Below are positions 57,803-64,000 of a stretch of DNA of 64,000 bases, piece after piece; the first letter of the stretch is position 1, and every line of letters starts with the position of its first letter. The notes beneath the pieces are model-generated. The model ran no database searches and was not told where the DNA came from. It saw only the letters and a list, made by a program, of their open reading frames with translations. The translations under genes and the position numbers were made by a program. This stretch comes from Candidatus Kerfeldbacteria bacterium (GTDB taxonomy: Bacteria > Patescibacteriota > Patescibacteriia > UBA9570 > XYC2-FULL-38-9): contig JACPGJ010000008.1 of NCBI GenBank assembly GCA_016182555.1, positions 386,555 to 450,554 on the forward strand. The letters run 5' to 3'.

Positions 57803-59197
57803 ATGACACTACAACTGTTTAATACGATGTCGCGCCAAAAGGAAGTATTTACTCCCCTGGCTCCTCCGTCGGTTTCCTTATATACCTGTGGATTGACGGT
57901 CTATGATTATGCGCATATTGGTAATTTGCGTGCATTTATTTTTGAAGATGTGTTGCGGCGGGTATTCGTCGCCAATGGGTATACCGTAAAACATGTACAA
58001 AATATTACCGACGTGGGGCATTTAACCGATGATGGAGATAGTGGTGAAGACAAAATGGAGAAAGGCGCCGCGCGCGAAGGCAAAACCGCTTGGGATATTG
58101 CGAAATTTTTTACTGCCGCGTTTCGTGAAGACGCCGCGGCATTGCATATTGTATTACCCGCATTGATGCCCAAAGCCACTGAACATATTCCAGAGCAAAT
58201 TGCGTTAATTGAACAACTAGAAAAAAAAGATTTTACCTATCGTATTGATGACGGCATCTACTTTGACACCAGTAAATTAACAGATTACGGAAAATTAGCT
58301 CAACTGGATATTGCGGGCTTGCAAGAAGGTGCACGTGTAGAAAAAAATGTGCAGAAAAAAAACGCCACTGACTTTGCGCTGTGGAAATTTTCCCCGGCTG
58401 GTGTAAGACGCGATATGGAATGGAATTCACCGTGGGGCGTTGGCTTCCCTGGGTGGCACATTGAATGTTCAGCGATGGCGATGAAATATTTAGGTGAAAC
58501 GATTGATGTTCATGCAGGAGGAGTGGATCATATTGCTGTACATCATACGAATGAAATTGCGCAATCTGAGGCGGTAACGGGGAAACCGTTTGCGCGTGTT
58601 TGGATGCATGGCGAATTTTTGTTGGTCGACGGGCAAAAAATGAGCAAGTCGAAACAAAATTTTTATCGGGTCACGGATATTATTGAACACGGCTTTGACC
58701 CGCTCGCCTACCGATATTTGTTATTGGGTGCGCACTACCGTTCGAAATTAAACTTTACCTGGGCCGCATTGAAAGGCGCACAGCAAGCCTACGATAAATT
58801 GATCACCCTTTGTGCGGGGTGGGAAGAAGGTGGAAGTGTCCTGGAAGAGTTTCGCGTGCAGTTTTTGGCGGCACTGAACGATGATTTGAATACTCCCCAA
58901 GCACTAGCTGTGCTGTGGGAGATGGTGAAATCTTCTGCCGAACCAGCAGATAAAAAAACGACACTACTGGCAATGGATGAGCTACTCGGATTATCTTTGT
59001 TCTCCAAAGCCGAAGCACTGCGTACGCACCTGGCAGAACTGGGTGGCAAAATGGAAGTGCTTATACGTGAGCGTGAAGAAGCACGCGCGGAAAAAAATTA
59101 TGAACGAGCAGATGCGTTGCGCGCAGAAATTCTGCACATGGGTATTCAGGTAGAAGATAGCGCAGAAGGACCAATATTGAAATTGGCACGCGCATGA
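57803..59197 (+). CDS. cysS: Cysteine--tRNA ligase
   Basis: YTCG.TVYD.AHIGN, DFALWK, PGWHIECSAM, KMSKS. Confidence 0.97.
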   Translation: MTLQLFNTMSRQKEVFTPLAPPSVSLYTCGLTVYDYAHIGNLRAFIFEDVLRRVFVANGYTVKHVQNITDVGHLTDDGDSGEDKMEKGAAREGKTAWDIAKFFTAAFREDAAALHIVLPALMPKATEHIPEQIALIEQLEKKDFTYRIDDGIYFDTSKLTDYGKLAQLDIAGLQEGARVEKNVQKKNATDFALWKFSPAGVRRDMEWNSPWGVGFPGWHIECSAMAMKYLGETIDVHAGGVDHIAVHHTNEIAQSEAVTGKPFARVWMHGEFLLVDGQKMSKSKQNFYRVTDIIEHGFDPLAYRYLLLGAHYRSKLNFTWAALKGAQQAYDKLITLCAGWEEGGSVLEEFRVQFLAALNDDLNTPQALAVLWEMVKSSAEPADKKTTLLAMDELLGLSLFSKAEALRTHLAELGGKMEVLIREREEARAEKNYERADALRAEILHMGIQVEDSAEGPILKLARA

Positions 59198-60147
59198 AAA
59201 ACCCATGGGCTGATCTTCCAAAACCGTTGGTGTATTTAGCGCCAATGAGCGGTGTTACTAACCGTGCATACCGACAAATAGTGAAACAATTTCACTCCGA
59301 TGTATTGTTTCCCGAATTCGTTTCTATTGATGGCATGCATTTTGGTTCTGAAAAAACAAATGTCCTGTTAGAATATGATGAAATTGAACGTCCAATTATT
59401 GCGCAAGTATTTGGTGCACGGCCAGCATATTTTTTTGAAGCCGCGCAGAAGGTGGTGGAACTCGGTTTTGATGGCGTGGATATTAACTTTGGCTGCCCAG
59501 CACCAAAAGTGGCCAAAAACGGCGGTGGGTGTGCTTTGCTTGGTGACCTGGGTTTGTGTCGCGAAATTATTCAAGCCACACTCGATGGTGCAGCTGGGCG
59601 TATACCGGTTTCGGTAAAAACCCGAATGAGCTTTGGGAAAACCCATGTGCGGGAATTTTGCCGTGTGATTGCCGATTTACCACTAGCAAACTTGTGCGTA
59701 CATGGTCGTCCATTTGAAAAACCATATCTTGGTTCTGCAAACCTAGACCCCATTCGTGAAGCAAAAACCCTTATCCCCTTTCCGGTCACCGCTTCAGGAC
59801 ATGCACATACACCAGAAGCTGCAAAAGAAACACTAGACTATACCGGCTGTGATGGCGTGGCACTCGCTCGTGGTACATTTGGAAAACCTTGGATAGGTAA
59901 ACAAATTAAAGATTATTTGGAAACTGGAACATATACCGAACCAACCTTAAGCGAAAAACTCAATGTGATGTTAGAACATGCGCGCTTGGTAGAACGCTAC
60001 CACACCAATCGCCCATTTGTAGAAATTCGCAAAATTCTCGGTTGGTATGTACGCGATTTCCCAAATGCCGCAAACTATCGCTCACAATTAGTGCGCGTGA
60101 ATACGATACAAGAAATTGAACAGATTGTTACACAAATTCAAAAATAA
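59194..60147 (+). CDS. tRNA-dihydrouridine synthase (DusB-like)
   Basis: LAPMSGVT, DINFGCP, VSVKTR, VHGR, TGCDGV.LARG. Confidence 0.92.
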   Translation: MKNPWADLPKPLVYLAPMSGVTNRAYRQIVKQFHSDVLFPEFVSIDGMHFGSEKTNVLLEYDEIERPIIAQVFGARPAYFFEAAQKVVELGFDGVDINFGCPAPKVAKNGGGCALLGDLGLCREIIQATLDGAAGRIPVSVKTRMSFGKTHVREFCRVIADLPLANLCVHGRPFEKPYLGSANLDPIREAKTLIPFPVTASGHAHTPEAAKETLDYTGCDGVALARGTFGKPWIGKQIKDYLETGTYTEPTLSEKLNVMLEHARLVERYHTNRPFVEIRKILGWYVRDFPNAANYRSQLVRVNTIQEIEQIVTQIQK

Positions 60148-60176
60148 TTCTCCAAATCTGCCCTTCGTATTTCTGT

Positions 60177-60986
60177 TTACTCGTCTTCTTTTTTGCTACG
60201 CCCAAAAAGCATCATCGCGAGAATAGGCGCAGCAATCCAAGCAAACGCTGGCCATTCATGCGTAAAAATAGTTTGTGTGAGTGGAGCGAACTTTTGCAGA
60301 ACCTGTGGAGGCAAAAACGACAAGGTAATCGAAATCATCAAACCGACATGCAGAATAGAAAAAATCATGGTTTGGTACCAGGTGCCATCGTTAGAATTTG
60401 CGCCGAGTGTACGGCGAAGCGCTGAACGTGAAATAAGAAAAAATAATATGACAAAAACAGTGATGAACGTGGTAATTTTAAATGCGTACTGACCATTAAG
60501 TGTGACATTCAGCACAAATGCTGGTAGCGCATGAACAACGGTAAGGGACATATAAATAGAAACGAGAATCACAATAATGCGGTCGCGCCCAAGTGAAAAC
60601 CCGTAAAGCAATGAAGCAACTACAAAAAAGAGGACAATGAACATATCCCAAGACGGGTTGCTGAAATTCAACTGGGAAAAAAATTGTTGCGTTTGCTCTT
60701 TTGTTTGAGTGATAGCGATTGGCTCGTTCGTGTTGGTAGTTTCTGTGTTCGTTGCGCTTAGGGTTTCTGTCGTGGCTGTTGTATCGATATGTACATTTGT
60801 TTCTGTGGAATTATCTGTTGCTGTGATATTGATATTGCTGTTGGTATTCGCATCAGCAGTTGTATTCGTATTATCTGTGTTTGTATCTGTGGAACCTTTT
60901 TCATCGTTATGAGTTACGCTAAGATCATCATATTTTTTCTTTGCAATCTGGGCAGTTGTGGTTAAAACAATATGCTCCTTCTCCAT
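60177..60986 (-). CDS. Membrane protein with Thr/Asn-rich low-complexity N-terminus
   Basis: T/N-rich stretch followed by about five TM segments. Confidence 0.7.
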   Translation of the reverse strand: MEKEHIVLTTTAQIAKKKYDDLSVTHNDEKGSTDTNTDNTNTTADANTNSNINITATDNSTETNVHIDTTATTETLSATNTETTNTNEPIAITQTKEQTQQFFSQLNFSNPSWDMFIVLFFVVASLLYGFSLGRDRIIVILVSIYMSLTVVHALPAFVLNVTLNGQYAFKITTFITVFVILFFLISRSALRRTLGANSNDGTWYQTMIFSILHVGLMISITLSFLPPQVLQKFAPLTQTIFTHEWPAFAWIAAPILAMMLFGRSKKEDE

Positions 60987-61112
60987 ATAGAGTAATTATA
61001 CCACAACTATTGACTTTATTCAATAAAACTCTCTATTGGCGCTCTCCTCCTGGACTCTTTTTTATAGAAAGCGTATCTTGAAGAACATAGTTCATTTATT
61101 ACATAGCATGAT

Positions 61113-61538
61113 ATGCCACAACCTTCACCAAAAACAATCCCTTGGGACGAGTTACAAAAAGATTTAACCTTTATTTATCTTTACGTTGAAGGACAAAGTC
61201 CACAACAAGCGGCACGAACGGCGAAAGCATCGATGCAAGATTTACGTCGTTTTGTAGCCACTAATGAAATTACAAAAATCCACGGTACAATCACCCTGTA
61301 TGATCAGGAGCTGGGTGCGCTAGGGCGTTTATTTCCTACTCAAATGTGGGAAAAAATGAAACCCGCTATTCAACGCGCGTATACACAAGAAAATGGCAGT
61401 GTGGAAGAGATGCTCCTGGAAATTATTCTGCCGCAAACAAAAGAATGGAGTAGTGAAGCATTAAGAAGTGCAGCGAAGGAAGATATCGAAGCTACAGGGC
61501 GCGAATACAAGAAAACTTTTTATAGAGGCGCTCGATAA
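61113..61538 (+). CDS. Hypothetical protein
   Basis: 141-aa ORF filling the intergenic space; no motif recognised. Confidence 0.55.
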   Translation: MPQPSPKTIPWDELQKDLTFIYLYVEGQSPQQAARTAKASMQDLRRFVATNEITKIHGTITLYDQELGALGRLFPTQMWEKMKPAIQRAYTQENGSVEEMLLEIILPQTKEWSSEALRSAAKEDIEATGREYKKTFYRGAR

Positions 61539-61750
61539 CAGTATTCATGAATACCCCAGCTGTGCATAACTTGGCTGGACAGTATTTTGCGCTGGGTATA
61601 TATTTTTTTTGTTCTTGTATTCCAAAATAGAATTCACCTTCTTCCATTAGTTATTTTGTAGCATGAGGCGCTTCACGTGTTGAAGCGGCTATAGAAGCAG
61701 CCAGTGGTGGTAGCTGAACTCACTCAACCTGAAGCGGAAAGGAGATCGCC

Positions 61751-62140
61751 ATGCAACTCAGCATGAATGATCTCGTCAACGCCGTCGGGGACCGCTCCCA
61801 CGATGGCGACTTTTTGGCTATGCTCGTCTCTATTGGAATTCCGAATCCCAATGTTGACGAGCGTTTAACGCTGCTCACCGAATTCCGCGCAATTGCCCGC
61901 GAATTGCGCCAAGAACTTGGCGAGCGACAGCCGGCCCCGGGCTTTATCGGGGCGGTAACTATTTGGTTGACGACGGAAGACCGCCTCGCTCCAACATTGG
62001 GGCAGGCGTGGTCTATCGTTCGCGACGAGCTCCTTCAGCGTGCAGCGCAGATGGTGCGGTATGCTGAAGGCGACCTGCCTGTGTTGCCCCCGGCAGTGCA
62101 GGCGCTGCTAGACGCGCAAGCAGCACAAAAAAGCGCGTAA
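61751..62140 (+). CDS. GC-rich hypothetical protein
   Basis: AAGGAG SD, 129 aa, followed by two hairpins. Confidence 0.6.
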   Translation: MQLSMNDLVNAVGDRSHDGDFLAMLVSIGIPNPNVDERLTLLTEFRAIARELRQELGERQPAPGFIGAVTIWLTTEDRLAPTLGQAWSIVRDELLQRAAQMVRYAEGDLPVLPPAVQALLDAQAAQKSA

Positions 62141-62196
62141 AAAAACTGAGCCCGCACGAGGGCTCAAAAAAAGAGGAAACATGGGTAATCCGAAAA

Positions 62197-62247
62197 GCCC
62201 TGGCGAGCACGCGACCGTACAGCGTGCACGACAGGGCATCTTTTTTT
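62197..62247 (+). terminator. Long imperfect hairpin with U-tract
   Basis: GCCCTG..GCACGC...GCGTGC..CAGGGC followed by T7. Confidence 0.7.
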
Positions 62248-62269
62248 ACAAAAAATACCATCCGCCAAT

Positions 62270-62321
62270 CTTTCATTGACAATGAGAGATTTGTGTGCTA
62301 TATTTTCATTACTAATGAAAG
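62270..62321 (+). promoter_or_regulatory. Promoter overlapped by two palindromic operators
   Basis: TTGACA (62276), 17 bp, TATATT (62299); palindromes CTTTCATT-GAC-AATGAGAG and TTTTCATT-ACT-AATGAAAG. Confidence 0.7.
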
Positions 62322-62336
62322 AGCTATTTTACGTTT

Positions 62337-63608
62337 ATGAATACTGAAACACTAAAAGAAATCATCCTTGAACAAACAGAAGAATTACAACAAATGGACT
62401 CCCCGCTTATTGAGCGTGAGCAGTTTTCTTCTGTACTGAAAAATGCTCCCCTTCCGCATGTGGTCACCATTGCGGGTATACGGCGTTGTGGAAAGTCTAC
62501 CTTACTATTACAAACAATGAAACGCCTTCAGGCAAATAGTTATTATTGCAATTTTGAAGATGAACGTTTTGTGGATTTTACGGTGAATGATTTTAATACA
62601 CTCTATGAAGTGTTTGTGCAACTACACGGTGAACAGAATATATTCTTCTTTGATGAAATTCAAAATATTCCTGGCTGGGAACGCTTTGTTCGGCGCATGT
62701 ATAATAACGGGCACAAATTTTATGTCACTGGTTCCAATGCCGCATTACTCAGCAAAGAATTTAGCACAAAGCTCACTGGCAGACATGTCACTGTTCCGCT
62801 CTATCCATTTTCTTTTAACGAATTTCTCGATTTTCATAAACAAAAATGGTCAAAAAAAGATTTTCAATATACAAAACGTAGAGCTATACTTCTTGGTTTA
62901 TTTGAAAAATATATGGAAGAAGGTGGTATGCCAGAATATCTCAAATATCATAATACGAATGTCTTAACAGAGGTGTACAACGATATTTTGTACCGAGATA
63001 TTGTTGCGCGATATGAAATTAAAGAAGTGAAAGTATTGCGCGAATTAGCACTGTATTTGCTCAGCAACGTTGCAACGCAGTTTTCGTACAATGCATTAAA
63101 AAAGATGCTCCAATTGGGCAGCATGAATACCGTAAAAAGTTATATTGAATATTTAGAAAACAGTTTTTTATTTAGCACCGTAAATCAATTTGACTATTCG
63201 CTAAAAAAACAACAATTTGCTCCAAAAAAAATCTATTGTATTGATACCAGCTTTATCAATACCATTGCCTTTAAGCACTCTGAAAATGAGGGGCATATAC
63301 TCGAAAATATTGTCTATATGGCATTACGCCGAAACAAAGAAGATATTTTTTATTATCGTACCGAAAAAGGAAAAGAGGTAGATTTTTTGATTCGTAAAGG
63401 CACAAAACCGACACTCTTGATTCAAGTAGCGCTCAATCTTGCATCGGCAAAAACGAAAGAACGAGAACTTTCTGCTCTCATAGAAGCTATGGATGAATGG
63501 AAGATGAAAACCGGCTACATCCTCACTAAAAATACGACCGATACCATTAAACAAAATGGTAAAACTATTTACATTCTTCCAGTGTATCAATGGTTATTAT
63601 CTCTGTAA
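62337..63608 (+). CDS. AAA_14 ATPase with DUF4143 domain
   Basis: GIRRCGKST, FFDEIQN, VTGSN, LTGR, GGMP, K.Y.IDT, LEN.V, EVDF. Confidence 0.9.
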   Translation: MNTETLKEIILEQTEELQQMDSPLIEREQFSSVLKNAPLPHVVTIAGIRRCGKSTLLLQTMKRLQANSYYCNFEDERFVDFTVNDFNTLYEVFVQLHGEQNIFFFDEIQNIPGWERFVRRMYNNGHKFYVTGSNAALLSKEFSTKLTGRHVTVPLYPFSFNEFLDFHKQKWSKKDFQYTKRRAILLGLFEKYMEEGGMPEYLKYHNTNVLTEVYNDILYRDIVARYEIKEVKVLRELALYLLSNVATQFSYNALKKMLQLGSMNTVKSYIEYLENSFLFSTVNQFDYSLKKQQFAPKKIYCIDTSFINTIAFKHSENEGHILENIVYMALRRNKEDIFYYRTEKGKEVDFLIRKGTKPTLLIQVALNLASAKTKERELSALIEAMDEWKMKTGYILTKNTTDTIKQNGKTIYILPVYQWLLSL

Positions 63609-63644
63609 TCATCTCATTTGCGTCAGTACACTGAAGCGAACAAT

Positions 63645-64000
63645 CTAATTTCCTTCAATGTCCGCTAATTCTTTGAGTATTTTTTTATAATGGCGGTCAA
63701 TATGTTGCGGCACGGCAACGTTCACTTTCAAAATATGGTCACCCCGGCCGCTCGCATTCAACCGCTGCACACCCTTTCCACGCAAACGCATAGCTGTTCC
63801 AGATGTGGTTCCCGTCGGAATTTTCACTACTAAATCACCATCAAGCGTGGGCACCGTTATTTTTCCACCCAACACCATGGTGCTATATGGCACTTCGGCT
63901 TCTGAAAGAACATCATCGCCTTCACGCACAAAATCGCGGCTCGGGCGAACGTGCACCGTGACATATAAATCCCCTGCCTGGCCACCATGCTGCGCTGCTT
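63645..64000 (-). CDS. dnaJ: Molecular chaperone DnaJ, 3' part (gene starts beyond the window)
   Basis: Frame open to the window end: GGQAGDLYV, F.REGDD, LGG...VPTLDG, IP.GT..G...RLRGKG...RGD. Confidence 0.93.
   Translation of the reverse strand, partial: AAQHGGQAGDLYVTVHVRPSRDFVREGDDVLSEAEVPYSTMVLGGKITVPTLDGDLVVKIPTGTTSGTAMRLRGKGVQRLNASGRGDHILKVNVAVPQHIDRHYKKILKELADIEGN

Noticed and set aside
60700-60900. Thr/Asn-rich repeats as a tandem-repeat or DGR-like variable region
   Set aside because: Ordinary low-complexity coding sequence; no template/variable repeat pair and no reverse transcriptase.
61669-61687. parS site (contains TTCACGTG)
   Set aside because: It does not match TGTTTCACGTGAAACA beyond the core; better explained as a hairpin.
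1-64000. Alternative genetic code (UGA = Gly)
   Set aside because: Core genes are full length under the standard code, and TGA acts as a stop (for example cysS at 59195-59197).

Overview
This window reads as chromosomal DNA from a small-genome bacterium using the standard code, most consistent with Patescibacteria/CPR (an inference from gene content and style). Housekeeping genes: topA (3' part), rel, parAB, maf, hup, dnaX, cysS, a Dus-family gene, dnaJ (3' part), tRNA-Leu(CAA), tRNA-Gln(CTG), and an initiator tRNA-Met split by a 299-nt group I intron. It also encodes many exported proteins: a GH8 glycanase, a subtilase, a BNR beta-propeller, and two giant paralogous surface proteins that share an unusual ~110-aa leader and a basic C-terminal domain. 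Other contents are a heliorhodopsin, an uncalled 40-aa histone-H1-like gene facing hup, two deletion-truncated ECF sigma loci, and a VirD4/TrwB-like ATPase operon. A probable integrative island (~28.8-46.9 kb, ending at tRNA-Gln) holds a CsoR-controlled copper-resistance cluster, IS4 debris and a dead serine recombinase. Two ~144-bp MITE-like elements have unrelated ends (IS66-type and IS4-type) but share a symmetric internal motif. Family assignments come from motif recognition only; no database searches were run.
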